A stretch of DNA of 64,000 nt from NCBI GenBank assembly GCA_951406725.2, contig OX597827.1:8928001-8992000 (forward strand). Direction: 5' to 3'. Below, in pieces: positions 1 through 14,699 of this stretch. This DNA comes from Octopus vulgaris (lineage: Eukaryota). A program made the position numbers and the translations under genes. Within the stretch, counting starts at the first letter, position 1. Each line of letters opens with the position of its first letter. The notes under the pieces were generated by a model. The model was not told the DNA's origin, searched no databases, and saw only the letters and a program-made list of their open reading frames with translations.

Positions 1-487
1 AGCACGGAAGCCAGCCAAGGTGGTGCTGCCGTCGGCCACATTCAGGTGGTGCTTTTCATGTGCCACTGGCACAGAAGCCAGTCGAGGCGGCACTGACATC
101 GGCCACGTTCAGATGGTGCTTTTTATGTGCTACCGGCAGCTTAAATCATCAACCCATACCAACATGGAAAATGGAGGTTAAAAGATGACGATGATGAAGA
201 CACAAAAAAATATTAAAAGTAGATATGATATGTAAAATAGGCTGTCCAACATGGTGCTAGCTTAATATTTGACTGCTATAGAAGTAGCTGATCTTTGTTA
301 TTGATTTGGGAATGAAACTGTGTGTGTTTTCTCTTAGGAGCAGTTGACAAACCATGAAGCAGCTCAGCAGGAGACTCCTTTGCCTCTTTTATCTGCACAT
401 TTATTGCATCAAAAACATGCATTTATGTACTTATTTAACCCACAGTGAGAATTTAGAATTTTGATTATGTGCATGCATATGTATACA

Positions 488-1280
488 TCTCCTGGAGCGA
501 CTACATCACCAACACTGAAGTTGCCAAGTGAGCAAAGGTCACCAGGCTGGAAGCCATTTTATTTGAGACATGACTACGTTGGATATATATGTATATAGTT
601 ATATACAACAAAATATTAAGGAAAGACCCTGACAGGTCATTCGACTCACTTGAAAAGAGCAGCCAAACTCAAACCGCAAAAATAGTAGTAATTCTGAAAA
701 CTAGAGAAGAAATAAAAACATTTATCCCCTTCAACTTTGTACCCTGCAAGGTTTCAACATCTTTCACGCAATCGAATTTAATTAAATTAAATTAAATCCG
801 TTTACGCTTGGCTTGTCTATATATATATATTGATATGTATGTAAATATGTTTGTATATATGTGTGTTTATGCTTGTGAGGTGAAAGACCACTGCCTACCC
901 AAGACCATTATGTACGGTGAGCTCACCACTGGCCACTTAACAGGGGACACTAAAGAAGCATCACAAGGATTGTCTGAAGCAGTCCTTTAGTGTTGTGACA
1001 TTGATTATTGAGAGGGATCCAATCTAAGTGCTGACCATGCTGCTTGGTGGCATACCATCAGTGATGCTGATTCCTTCTTTGAGATGACTTGCAGTGTCTC
1101 TCTTGAAGACAAACATCAGAGGCAAAAAAATAATACAGTTGCATCATAAAACCCTAGGCACTCATACCTCTGTCATCATTGCAGTTGGATATGTCAATCT
1201 TACATCAGCTTTATCAGCCACAAACGAGTGTGCAGACATGGACAACAGCCTTCCGAATCTTCATCAGGGAAACCAAGCCA

Positions 1281-1283
<3 letters not shown>
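488..1283 (+). mobile_element. RTE-clade LINE 3' fragment, degenerate and interrupted
   Basis: Translates to WSDYITNTEV (about 493) and VKDHCLPKTIMYGELTTG (about 880), typical RTE ORF C-terminal motifs; the 3' end resembles the copy at 37845-38342. Confidence 0.75.
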
Positions 1284-1321
<38 letters not shown>

Positions 1322-1387
1322 AGATACATACATACACACGCACACACACACATATGTATATATACACACACAGACATATATCTATAC

Positions 1388-1434
<47 letters not shown>

Positions 1435-1777
1435 CACAGACACACACATAATGTGTATATGTATGTATCTATCGTACATATCACGCAATATTGTATGAGC
1501 GTATACACGCACATATATATATATATATAATTTATATGTGTATATATATATATTTATATATATGTATTATATATATATATATATATATATAGATATAATA
1601 TATATATATATTTTAAAATGTTTTTTATTTTTTATCTAGTTTCAGCTCACAAGCTGTGGCCATGCTGGGGCACCGCCATATATATAGTTATATATATATA
1701 TTGATATGTATGTAAATATATTTGCATATATGTATGTTTATGCTGATGTGGTGTGCATGTATATATATATATATATT

Positions 1778-1823
<46 letters not shown>

Positions 1824-2560
1824 TGTATATTTTGTTATACATATCTGTGTGTGTGAGTGTGTATGTATTCATGCATATAGATGATGATGATGATGATTAG
1901 GATGATGATGATGATGAGGAGGAGGAGGAGGAGGAGGAGGAGGACGAGGATGCATTCTTTGTTGGTTTCAGTGATGAGCATTCGTTTCTTCAATCAACTG
2001 AACTACAGCCTCATTAAATAGATGCTTAAGCTGACATAATTCACAGGCTTTAATCACAATGACACATTGTGTGACAAGGTTGGACACTTCAATTACAAGT
2101 ACAAACCATTCAATAGGCGACCTGACATCTTGCACTTACTCAGTTTCACTTAAAAGGCATGGCTCAGACTGGATGTATACGGCTAAATGACATGTGCACA
2201 AGATATTGTGCTGTTAGATGAAACCCAAGACCTCACGATGGAGAACCAAATGTTCATCTACACAGTAAGTTATACAAACATCCATGTGCGCACACATGGA
2301 CACACACACATGCACACAAACACACACACACATGCACACAAACACACACATAAAACAGGAAAGAGAGAGAGAGAGAGATAACTATGTCTCTCTCATATAT
2401 ATATGTGTGCCTTTAAGTATTTATATATGTGTGTGTATTTATGTAATATACATACACACACACATATGTTATATATATATACATGTGTGTGTGTGTGTGT
2501 GTGTGTGTAATTGAGTGTACCTTATTGATATAATTATTAATAAAATACAATATTTTGTGT

Positions 2561-2620
2561 CAGTTTTTCAATGGGTTTCATACTAGGGTTGCGATAATCC
2601 TAGCAATCATCAGAAAAGAC
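2561..2620 (-). ncRNA. Degenerate hammerhead-ribozyme-like motif (Penelope-like remnant)
   Basis: Minus strand reads ttttCTGATGAttgctaggatt-atcgc-aaccctagtatGAAAccc; core boxes and stem II present, stem III and cleavage triplet decayed. Confidence 0.35.
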
Positions 2621-3129
2621 TTCCTTATGATTACCAAGATCATCCTAAATGCTGTATGAAACTGATTGATATGAGAATACATTATCGTATTTTATCAGTA
2701 ATAATATACTCACTCTTGTAATGAATATATGAGTGGCTATATTTTTCATGCCCCATGGATTTTTAAACAGCTACATATATACAGAAGTCATCCTATTGCA
2801 CTTAAATATAGCTGACTTTGCAACATAGGGACAAGACCTGAAGAAGGGGATCACAACTGGCTGCAAAATTTTCATAATTCTCTAGCTCACACGTGTGAAC
2901 CTTCTTATAACAGTTACTGATAAAGAAGCCCAAGCACCATGAACAGAACTGGGTATTCATCTGCATCCAACAACGGGTTTCATAGATGCTCTCACAGTGG
3001 GAACCACAACATACATGGAAGCAGGACGAGTGGTGACTTTACTTGAACACAGGAAAACATGGGGCTAGAAGGAAGATTAAACCTAAGCAATACAGGAATA
3101 TAGGATCAGGAAAAGTAAATTAACTAATA

Positions 3130-3583
3130 GGCACAGGAGTGGCTGTGTGGTAAGTAGCTTGCTAACCAGCCACATGGTTCCGGGTTCAGTCCCACTGCAT
3201 GGCATCTCGGGCAAGTGTCTTCTGCTATAGCCCTGGGCCGACCAATGCCTTGTGAGTGGATTTGGTAGATGGAAACTGAAAAGAAGCCTGTCGTATATAT
3301 GTATATATATATATATATATAATAAATTAATTTTACTCTGCTATGTATTGAGTACCTTATTTCTGTGTTAACCCCGAATGGGACCTAGCATATATATATA
3401 TATATATATATATGCTGTGTGTGTTTGTGTGTCCCCATCACTTAGCGGTTTGGCAAAAGAGACCGATAGAATAAGTACTGGGCTTACAAAGAATAAGTCC
3501 CGGGATCGATTTGCTCGACTAAAGGCGGTGCTCCAGCATGGCCGCAGTCAAATGACTGAAACAAGTAAAAGAGTAAAAGAGAG
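3130..3583 (+). mobile_element. tRNA-derived SINE, family A, with internal microsatellite and a short insertion
   Basis: A box TGGCTGTGTGG, B box GGTTCAGTCCC, CORE-like GGGCAAGTGTCTT, tail GGCGGTGCTCCAGCATGGCCGCAGTCAAATGACTGAAACAAG(TAAAAGAG)n; more than 20 copies in the window. Confidence 0.9.
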
Positions 3584-3703
3584 TAACAAGACGAAGATGC
3601 AGATAAATACAAGGACAGCCTATTCCCTTAATAGTAAGTGGAAAAGCCAATCACATGCATTGACATGTAGTAGTCAACTACATGAGACACAATCATGGGG
3701 TAA

Positions 3704-3933
3704 ACTCTTTTACTCTTTTACTCTTTTACTTGTTTCAGTCATTTGACTGCGGCCATGCTGGAGCACCGCCTTTATTTGAGCAAATCAACCCTGGGACTTA
3801 TTCTTTTGTAATCCCAGTACTTATTCTATCAGTCTCTTTTGCCGAACCGCTAAGTAACGGGGACATAAACACACCAGCATCGGTTGTCAAGCAATGCTAG
3901 GGGGACAAACACAGACACACAAACACACACACG

Positions 3934-3991
<58 letters not shown>

Positions 3992-4156
3992 TGACGGGCT
4001 TCTTTCAGTTTCCGTCTACCAAATCCACACACAAGGCTTTGGTCGGCGCAAGGCTATAGCAGAAGACACTTGCCCAAGATGCCATGCAGTGGGACTGAAC
4101 CCGGAACCATGTGGTTGGTAAGCAAGCTACTTACCACACAGCCACTCCTGCGCCTA
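3704..4156 (-). mobile_element. SINE family A, full length
   Basis: Reverse complement of the family A consensus, tail-to-tail with the 3130-3583 copy. Confidence 0.9.
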
Positions 4157-4159
4157 TGA

Positions 4160-4530
4160 AAGCAGATCTGGAGGGAAGACTGCAATTTCCTCAGGTTGCC
4201 CAGATAGACCTGTGACCAAATATAGATTTTCAGTTTGAGGGGGAAAAAAATGGAAAAGAATCCTGTTTGAGCTTGGTGTCCAATGGAAATAAGAATATAA
4301 TCAGATTTTTTAATGGAAACATGCAAATTCAAGAACCTTTCTCTGAATTACAGGGAGAAAAGATGGAAAGCATGGCTATACTTTTACAAGTTTGGCTGTA
4401 GAAAATTCCCTGCCCAGTCAATATGAAGAATACTTGCAAACATTGGAATAAGAAGAAGTGAGAAAATGGCAGCTGTGTGGGGGATGAGAGAGGCAGCAGA
4501 AAATGCACATTGATGGTTATGGAGCAAGAA
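4160..4530 (+). mobile_element. HERO/NeSL-type non-LTR retrotransposon 3' fragment (restriction-like endonuclease region), decayed
   Basis: Reads ADLEGRLQFPQVAQIDL*PNI...RILFELGVQW...EAAENAH*WLWS, resembling the DL..L.FP..LRPD..IELTVPW..AAE.AS.WLW pattern. Confidence 0.5.
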
Positions 4531-4759
4531 GGAAGAGTTAAGCTGGGAGTCAGGAGAAGATGATCAGCAACGATTTGACCAAAATTTCCAAGAGTCAAAA
4601 TCCACAATGATCATTAGATATCTTATGATGACTTTAATTTTTCTGGCCAAAGCTACATTCACCAAAGATGAATGGAGGCAAGAATCTTTTAGATGTACTC
4701 AGTACCATCTGACCCATGAAAGCATGGAAAAGTAGATGTTAAAACAATGATATCTTTAT

Positions 4760-5095
4760 TTTTTATCTTTTACGTTTTATTTGTTTGAGTCTTTGACCCT
4801 TCAGAGGATGTAGTTGAACAAATTAGCCCCAGTACTTCATTTTTAAGCCTGGAACTTTTCCATGGGTCTCTTTTGCCGAACTACGAAGTAATGGGAACAT
4901 GAACATACCAACACTGGTTGTCAAGCTGACAAATGCAAACACAAAGACACATACACATAGATATATTTATATACATATTGGTTAACCCCCAGAGCTATAA
5001 AGGCATACACCTTCCCAAGTTGTCATGCCATGGGACTGAACCTGGAAATTTGTTGTTGGGAAGCAAGTTTCTTACCACAAACCACATCTGTGCTT
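4760..5095 (-). mobile_element. SINE family A, old degenerate copy
   Basis: Contains ctcttttgccgaac, ggttgtcaagc, gggactgaacctgg and cttaccaca segments of the consensus. Confidence 0.7.
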
Positions 5096-5604
5096 ATGAT
5101 AAGGATTTATAAAGATATATAAATATATATATATACATGTGTGTGTGTGTGTGTGTATTTAAATATTTCTATACATACACAAACACACATATATATGTAT
5201 ACATACATACAAGACTTGCAAAATGGAATAGGAAAAATCTGGGTTACATGTTTCATAGCAAGTGGAACCTCAGAAGTGGTAAAATCCCAAACGAGGTGTA
5301 TACCACCAGCTACTCTTCAGACAAAGGATATCTTGTTTAGATTAAAGGCTACATTGTCACAAGGAAGTACATGTTGATGCAAAGAGGATTCAGTTAGAAT
5401 GTGTGTGTGTGTATAAACACACACACACGTTTGCATGTGCACAAACACACATGCAGAGGCAAGGCTAAGTAGTTGAGAAGTTCACTTCACAACAAATAGT
5501 TTTAGGTCTAGATTTCACATTGGAAAAGTGTCTCCTATAAAACCTGAGGCTGATCAAGTCCTTGTGAGTGGATTTGAAACTGATACTGAAAACCTCTCAT
5601 ATAT

Positions 5605-5641
<37 letters not shown>

Positions 5642-5951
5642 CATATATGTATATGCATGTATTTGTGTATGAGAACATTGGTATATTTGCTTATATAAGT
5701 GCTTCTCCAAAATAACGGAGGTACAAGGAATGAGGGTGATGTCAATTGTCATGTTATTATATGTTGGCCTCGTGCTCTCAAAGTTGTGAAAACTTAAAGA
5801 TACCTCCCATGCGTTTTACATTTCAGCATTCTGAATTTAGCCATTTCAAATTGCTTTTTATAACTTCAATTAAAGAAAGCAAAGTTTATCATCCACGAAG
5901 GCAATAAGAAGACTGTACATGTATGATCACGTCTGCATTCACACACACACA

Positions 5952-6014
<63 letters not shown>

Positions 6015-6039
6015 ATATATATATGTGCTAGTATAATAT

Positions 6040-6226
6040 ATAGTGCTGTGTTCTCTGGAGTGCAGCTCTCACAAGAAGAATTGTTCAGAGAAACTAAAGA
6101 GAAGAGGACTGTATGACAAGCAACAGTCCAGCTGGGTCCTAATTCTTCTATTGCATGTCCACACTGTGACCATGAGTTTTATGCCAATATTGGCCTAATA
6201 AATCACCTCAGGGCTCACAAAGTGTA
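6040..6226 (+). mobile_element. RTE LINE C-terminal zinc-finger fragment
   Basis: Reads CPHCDHEFYANIGLINHLRAHKV*, the CxxC...H...H finger at the end of RTE ORFs. Confidence 0.6.
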
Positions 6227-6296
6227 AGGCTTCTGAGACATGAAAGGTAAAATATATGTGTGTGTGTATGTATATATATAAATAAATATATATAAA

Positions 6297-6344
<48 letters not shown>

Positions 6345-6704
6345 CACTCACATATATATTACATACACTCACACACACACTCACATATATACTCACATGT
6401 TTTATATATGTGTATATATACGTATATGATATGTTATATACACATATATACATGCATAAACATATATATATATACATATAAATTTATACATATATATGTA
6501 TAATATTTCCTTCTATAGGTTTCATAAAGATTTTAACAAATCTATTTCCATCTCTCTCCCTCTTTGTGTGTGTGTGTGTATATGTGTGTGTATATACACA
6601 CATGCACATACACACACACATATATATATGCATACATACATATATTGATGTATGCATAAATGCATGTGTATACATGCACACACACACACACATATATATA
6701 TGTA

Positions 6705-6743
<39 letters not shown>

Positions 6744-8046
6744 TCATGTGTATGTATGAGTGTATTAATATATACATACACAAATTCATACATATATGTT
6801 TGCATATATTTATACATATACATACATATTTGTATGTATGTATTTATGTATGTATGTATGTATGTATGTATGTATGTATGTATGTATGTATGCATGCATG
6901 CATCTTTTTATCTATGTATTCACTCACACACTGCATGTACATAATTACATAAATATCCATGCCATATTCTATGTATTAACAGCTATTGGATGTCAGGAAA
7001 ATGAGTGTTAGTAGAGGGAAATGTGATAAAGATATATAACTGAACATACACATACATACGCAAGAACATATACATATATAAATATATACACACACACACA
7101 CACTCACACACACATGTAACTGTAGCATGCACATAAAACAGCTTTGTATGTGAATGTTAGAGAAAGCTAAAAATATAATATTACAAAACTGTAAAAAAAA
7201 AGTTTTTAGAAAATTACAAAAAAAAAATCAATCACATTATTTTATCAACTAAAGAATACTTGAGTAGTTCTAAAAGGTTTCAAAAACATTTGTTAGAGAA
7301 AAAGCTCTCTAATAATAACTGGAAGCATGAGAAATTCTACAATATAAACAATGAATTATTATGAATAAGGAAATTGGAAAAAAATATCCAATTTGTTTTG
7401 TAAAAGCAGAGAAAATTTTTTTCTACTTCTGTTTGTCAATTTTGAAAACAATAAACAGGATTCAGATTGTGAGTTGCTTCTATTATTTTACTGAGAAATA
7501 GAAGAAGAAAAGTGATAGAGAGAGAAAAATGTATTATTAAGGAATTTAAGAAACTTTTTTATATTAATTTTGGCTTTTGAGTTATGGAAATTATTAGCGT
7601 AATATTTTGGAAACATCCAAAGTTTGAGATTTTTAAAAAAGTGGTAAAAGAATTAGATAAATATAATAAATAATGTATTAAATCCATTTGATTTTGTTTT
7701 TGTTCTTAATATAACAGCTTATAATAATAATTCTAGAGGCTATATACATATTAGCAGAGATACAAATAACATTTGTCCCAATTTGTGTTATAAACTATTT
7801 AGAAATAGGAGGTAGATTTTATATGAATAATTGATATCTTATATTCAAAGGAGATTTAAAATGATATCTAAATATATACTAGAAAGGGTGATTAGAAAAC
7901 TTGGAAACTTAAATCTATTATCAAAAAAACTATAAGAAAAGAAAAAGGAAAACATTTGGTTTATCAACTTAGTGTTTGTGTGTGGAAATTACATTTTGTT
8001 GTAAAGAGAAAAGTAATGTATACGAATTACTACTTAGAAACAGAAA

Positions 8047-8113
<67 letters not shown>

Positions 8114-8160
8114 GTAATAATAATAATAATAATATTAATAATAATAATAATAAATAAATA
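8047..8160. repeat. (TAA)n microsatellite
   Basis: Direct inspection. Confidence 0.95.
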
Positions 8161-8758
8161 AAAGGTATATCAACAACTGTCACAGTCAGACAGAATTACT
8201 TTTTAACTGAGAATCATATAGATATATATGTTCATATGTTGTGTGTATGTATGTTTATATTTTCATGTAATGAAATGTTCATAATAGTATCATTAAAAAA
8301 CCCATAGTATACTCTGAACTTTTGATAAGTAGATAAGCTTATGTTTATATGTACCAATGAATGTTAGTGTTTAAAGTTAATGTTAAAAAATATCATGAAC
8401 AAAAATACTCCTTGTTAATTAGTTAAATATGAAAGTAGCAATCCCACTTGAAGATTTTGAATATGCTAATAACAAAAAAGAACAAACACATATATGCAAA
8501 TATCCCTATTTTGTTTAACTTTAACACCGCTATATGTAAGTATACAAAACTTGATAAAAATTCATATTCTAAACTTGTGCATAGCTAAGTATATTTTGTT
8601 TACTATTTTTTAACTTTGTTTTTACTCTGTCAGTTATACTAACACTGCTTTATAGTATTTAATAGTTTGAACGCTTGTGACATTTGTAACTATATAACAT
8701 AACATACAGATACTTCACTATATGAAGAATATACAAATAACAATATATAGCTACTTAC

Positions 8759-8935
8759 TTGCACAAGTGAATCTTTGCCAGTGTGCCATTACATGCGATG
8801 TGTATTCTGCTGTAGAGTTGTACAGTTACTGCTGCTGTTATATGCTAGCAGTGTTATGTGGCTTGGCCTATGTTGTGGTAATGTAAAGTCTGCACTTCTA
8901 CTAGTCATAGTAGTGTATATGCAATGTTTGATTGT
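8759..8935 (-). CDS. Candidate stop-containing cassette exon (177 nt) of unidentified minus-strand gene
   Basis: Acceptor ggttgcaacag|ACA and donor CAA|gtaagt; phase 0 gives TIKHCIYTTMTSRSADFTLPQHRP...NTHRM*, phase 1 gives xNQTLHIHYYD*. Confidence 0.3.
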
Positions 8936-9315
8936 CTGTTGCAACCAATGAATGGCTTTTGTGAAATCACATGAATACCCCCAACCAAATAAGTAAATAA
9001 AAAATAAATAAACAAACATTAACTCTAATAATTTTTTTAACTAAAATTTTAATTTATTTTATGTCTATAATTTGCATGTAAATGTTGAAAATTAATTTTA
9101 TTTTTAATAAATTTCTATATATCTTTCCAGTTTAATTTTTCAATAATAACTGTTATGGTATAGAGAAAAAGTAAATTAACAAGCAAAACTACTGTACATA
9201 GCTAAATACATATGTTTAAAAGGTTTACAAAGTTATAAAGTCTGTGATTTAATTTCCTATTTCATGATGCAAAAAAGCATGTATATACTAAAATAGCACT
9301 GAACTTCCAACTTAC

Positions 9316-9330
9316 CTCTACTCTGAGTTC
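9316..9330 (-). CDS. Candidate 15-nt microexon (GAACTCAGAGTAGAG)
   Basis: Flanked by tttctgttgctattttag and gtaagt; frame-preserving; UGC just upstream of the AG. Confidence 0.45.
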
Positions 9331-9948
9331 CTAAAATAGCAACAGAAACTCTCACAACTTATCTTCTACAGAGAAATGCTTTCCATCTTCAACATACAAT
9401 AAATTACACAATTTTCCATGCCTATATTAAAATCATCTTTCCCTTGTGAAAAATTCAAGAACTGGGAATAAAATTGCGAATTAAAATATAAGTTTATAGT
9501 GAATATTATGAGCTGTATTCCTAGTAATGAAGTTATCAGCCAATCTTCATTCAGTGGAGTTGGAAATAAATAACTGAATTTTGTTTTTGTTTTTTTTTTC
9601 AGTTTTATTTTTGATTATTATTTTCAACTAAAGAATGGCCTTAGGAGAAATTTTATTTCAAGATTGTTGCCAAAATTTATTATATATTATGATAAAGCCT
9701 ACAGAGTTATCCAAGAAAATTCAATAATTTCAAGAAAATTTTGTGTAACAATTGGCCTCTCTATGGAATAACAAGTAGGTTACTTATAAAACATTTGGTT
9801 TCTGAAGCTATATTTGGTATTTAAGAAAATGAAAGTAGAAAACAAAAACAAAAAAATCAGCATCTTTCATGAGATAAAAGAAGGAGTGTGACAAATTTGT
9901 GAATGTTGTTCTAAGGCAATATATGAAACATTCATTAATTTAACTATA

Positions 9949-10022
9949 TTACACATTCAACATTCCAATGACAACAAGAATATTTAAAATGGATATTTTA
10001 AAATTATTCTGCCTTTCAGTGT
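9949..10022 (-). CDS. Candidate phase-1 terminal exon xTERQNNFKISILNILVVIGMLNV*
   Basis: Acceptor atcattttcag; phase 1 is the longest open frame; hydrophobic C-terminus. Confidence 0.2.
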
Positions 10023-10229
10023 CTGAAAATGATATTCCTGTGACCTTTGTGGAGGAAATAGTTTATATCTGTTACACAATATATTAACAGTACTAATCTT
10101 ACATCTGTTCTGTTTTAGATATATAAACACACACACAGGTACACATGCGTGCACACACACACACACACATATATGTATGTATGTAAGTATAAATATATGT
10201 ATGTACATATATGTGTGTGTGTATATATA

Positions 10230-10738
<509 letters not shown>

Positions 10739-10742
10739 ATAT

Positions 10743-10791
<49 letters not shown>

Positions 10792-10815
10792 TATATATGC
10801 ATGCATGTATGTATG

Positions 10816-10847
<32 letters not shown>

Positions 10848-12286
10848 TATATATATATATATATGAATGTATGTTTGTATTTAGGCATGTATAGGTCTAT
10901 GTATGTATATGTATATGTGTATGTAAGTATGTACATACATACATATGTTTCATAGTTTTCATTATCTCAACGTCATTTCCCATTTGTTTTTCACTTCATG
11001 TATGTGGTGCTAAACAAATGTATTTAACTGAAAATTTTCATTGCATTTATTGTACAAAATTGCAACATTGTGTAGACCAGAGATTACGAATAAACAGCTT
11101 CTTCCTTTACACCAGCAACACAATGTTGAAATGACGTAGTTTCCTGAAATATTTCTGTGTGACATTAAAAAGAAAACTCCTAGCCTATAATCATCAGTTT
11201 TGAGGTTGTAATGAAGGAAAGAAGAGAATGAATCCACACAACCATTGCTCTGCACATCTCTCCAAAATGAAAGAAACACTGATGCCAAAACCTAATGAAG
11301 CCTGTTTAATTTCGAAATACATTAACAATATATGACTAGTTGGTGATGATTGTTGTGCTACACTCAAAAGACAGTTTAGCTGGATACATGATTACAAATG
11401 TAGGAAATAAGTAACTTGAGATTCAATAACAGTAAATCTAGAAGAATATTGGCACCAACAAATGGTGAGGCTATGATTGTGAAATGAGTTAGTTTAATAA
11501 GGGAAATTGCTTGCCACATTTGGTTTGAATCTGAACATGAAAGGTGTCAGGTCCTTAATCTGAATAGATTAGTAGTCAACTATCTGAATAGCATAATTTG
11601 AACTATATCAAAAGTAAATAGAAATTGAAAAGAAGTCTGCCAGTAATATGTGGATATACAAGTGCAAAATTATGAAAATTTTTCCACACAGGGAGAAACA
11701 TATGTGCATGCATATATATGCGAATATAAGTATGTATGTGAGAAACAAATTCAGAAAGTTGTTTGCATTTCTATGACAAACCAGCCAATATATTGCCTCT
11801 GGAAATATGCTAGTGTTGAATGCCAACAAATCAAACTAATGATATTCTATCCACTGAGTACAAGAGCAAGCTCATGAAAACGTTATCTCAATCGAATTAA
11901 ACAAGAAATTCACTTTAATCAGATGTGTTAACTATCTTGTTTTTATCTGTTGATGATTGCAATGGAATCATCACATTAATCAACTTAGTGTTAAATTAAG
12001 CAACATCCATGCCCTACTATTCAAATCAAACTGCAATTGGCCTAAAACTATTAACATATCTGTCTATTTCTTAATCTTTAATTTACATAATTCTTAACAC
12101 AGAAAGAAAATTTAAATTTTATCAGAACTTTGCAAAATAAATACATGAATATACAAATAAATAAAATAACTAAGGTCTATACCTTCCTCTGACTATAACA
12201 CGCACACTTGTCAATGTTTCCTGGTCAGTACAGTATTAAACTTTATGGAGTTGAATGAAACTAACTTAATTTTGCCTCTGAATACA

Positions 12287-12532
<246 letters not shown>

Positions 12533-12690
12533 GCAGCATGGCTATGTGGTTAGAAACTTGCTTCCCAACCACATTGTTCCAGGTTCAGTCCCACCGCGTG
12601 GCACCTTGGGCAAGTGTCTTCTACTATAGCCTCAGGCTGACCAAAGCCTTGTGAATGGATTTGGTAGACGGAAACTGAAAGAAGCCCGTC

Positions 12691-12738
<48 letters not shown>

Positions 12739-12845
12739 GAGTGTGTATATATGTTTGTTGTGTGTGTATACATGCTGACAAAATGTGTGTTTACATCCCT
12801 GTAATAGGGTTCGGCAACACATACAATAAGTACTAGGCTTACATA
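12533..12845 (+). mobile_element. SINE family A, 3'-truncated
   Basis: Same variant head (gatgcagcatggcta..tggt.agaaacttgcttccc) as the copy at 10343. Confidence 0.85.
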
Positions 12846-12955
12846 TATACATATATATACATATATATACATATATATATATCTATATATATCTATATAC
12901 ATATATATACATATATATATATATCTATATATATATATATACATATATATATCTA

Positions 12956-13091
<136 letters not shown>

Positions 13092-13247
13092 ATGGTAATA
13101 CTGGGTGCCATAAATGTAGGAGCAAGGAAACAGTTATGTATTTAGCTGGATGATTTTAAAATTTAGATTTTATCTTGATGGTATTATATAATTGTTAAAA
13201 CTAGGATATACTTAATGACTTTGTTACATGGTATTAAAGTAAAATAC

Positions 13248-13300
13248 CTGAGCTTTATTTTTTTCCTTTTTTATTGCTCATGAGTGACATGAGTGAAAGG
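13248..13300 (-). other. Candidate 53-nt exon with stops in all frames
   Basis: Acceptor gttatatgtag|CC and donor CAG|gtattt; phase 1 gives xFHSCHS*. Confidence 0.15.
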
Positions 13301-13610
13301 CTACATATAACGATATAACTTGTTAGTGCTTGCATTCTTGGTTATAAGAAAATAAATCTGGGTGGGATGTTTTCACAAATTTCATAGTAATAGGGCAAGA
13401 TGTATATGTATGTTAGAAATGGTTAAACTCAAAGTAGATAAAGCCTTCAAACTTTTCAATCAAAAGAGTTTTCGATTCAGTATTTACGCATTATTATTTA
13501 TAGCCTTATCCACTTTGAGTTAATATTTTATAATATTTTACTATAAAATTGGATTTAATCCTAAATCTGATTTTTTCCCTGTAAATTTGGATTTATTCCC
13601 TAATATTTAT

Positions 13611-13653
<43 letters not shown>

Positions 13654-13654
<1 letters not shown>

Positions 13655-13873
13655 TTCTCTTTTCTCTTTTACTTGTTTCAGTCATTTGACTGCGGCCATG
13701 CTGGAGCACCGCCTTTAATCGAGCAACTCGACCCTGGGACTTATTCTTTTGTAAACCAGTACTTATTCTATCGGTCACTTTTGCTGAACCGCTAAGTAAC
13801 GGGGACGTAAACACACCAGCATCGGTTGTCAAGCAATGCTAGGGGGACAAACACAGACACACAAACACACACA

Positions 13874-13920
<47 letters not shown>

Positions 13921-14083
13921 GACGGGCTTCTTTCAGTTTCCGTCTACCAAATCCACTCACAAGGCTTTGGTCGGCTCGAGGCTATAGTAGAAGACACTTA
14001 CCCAAGGTGCCACGCAGTGGGACTGAACCCGGAACCATGTGGTTGGTAGACAAGCTACTTACCACACAGCCACTCCTGCGCCT
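13654..14083 (-). mobile_element. SINE family A, full length, young
   Basis: Near-consensus reverse copy. Confidence 0.9.
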
Positions 14084-14459
14084 ATATATATATATATATA
14101 TATATATGATGGGCTTCTTTCAGTTTCCATCAAACAAATCCACTCACATATATAAGTATATATTTACAAAATGCGCTCTTTCAACAATGTTCTCGTTATA
14201 CCTTGTTTGTAACTTTTGGGTAAATCTAATTTGCAAGATTTATCAGTTTTTCTTTTTCATTAAATATGTATGATTATTTTTTAAACCAAATTCTTCTCAC
14301 AAAATATTAAAGATCCATTTAATTGTTCTGTATATCAGATATGAAAAAATGTAAAGTGTTTACTTCATAAAATAATAAAGAACATAAGGTAGTATATATA
14401 CATGAAAATATACATGTATCACAGAAAGACTGATGAAAGACCAACATATAGTCAATTCA

Positions 14460-14639
14460 TGGGTTGGCTGGCTGGTTGGTTGGTTGGTTAGTTGGTTGGC
14501 TGGCCGGTTGGTTGGCTGGTTGGCTGGTTGGTTGGTTGGTTGGATGGTTGATTGTACAGATAGATAGACAGAGGTGAGTAGATTGCTAGACAGACAGACA
14601 GAGAGACAGACAGACAGACAGACAGATAGATAGATAGAC

Positions 14640-14699
<60 letters not shown>

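Noticed and set aside
13836-14273. Recurring peptide ...FRLPNPLTRHWSARGYSRRHLPKMPRSGTEPGTMW... resembling a gene family
   Set aside because: Antisense translation of SINE family A.
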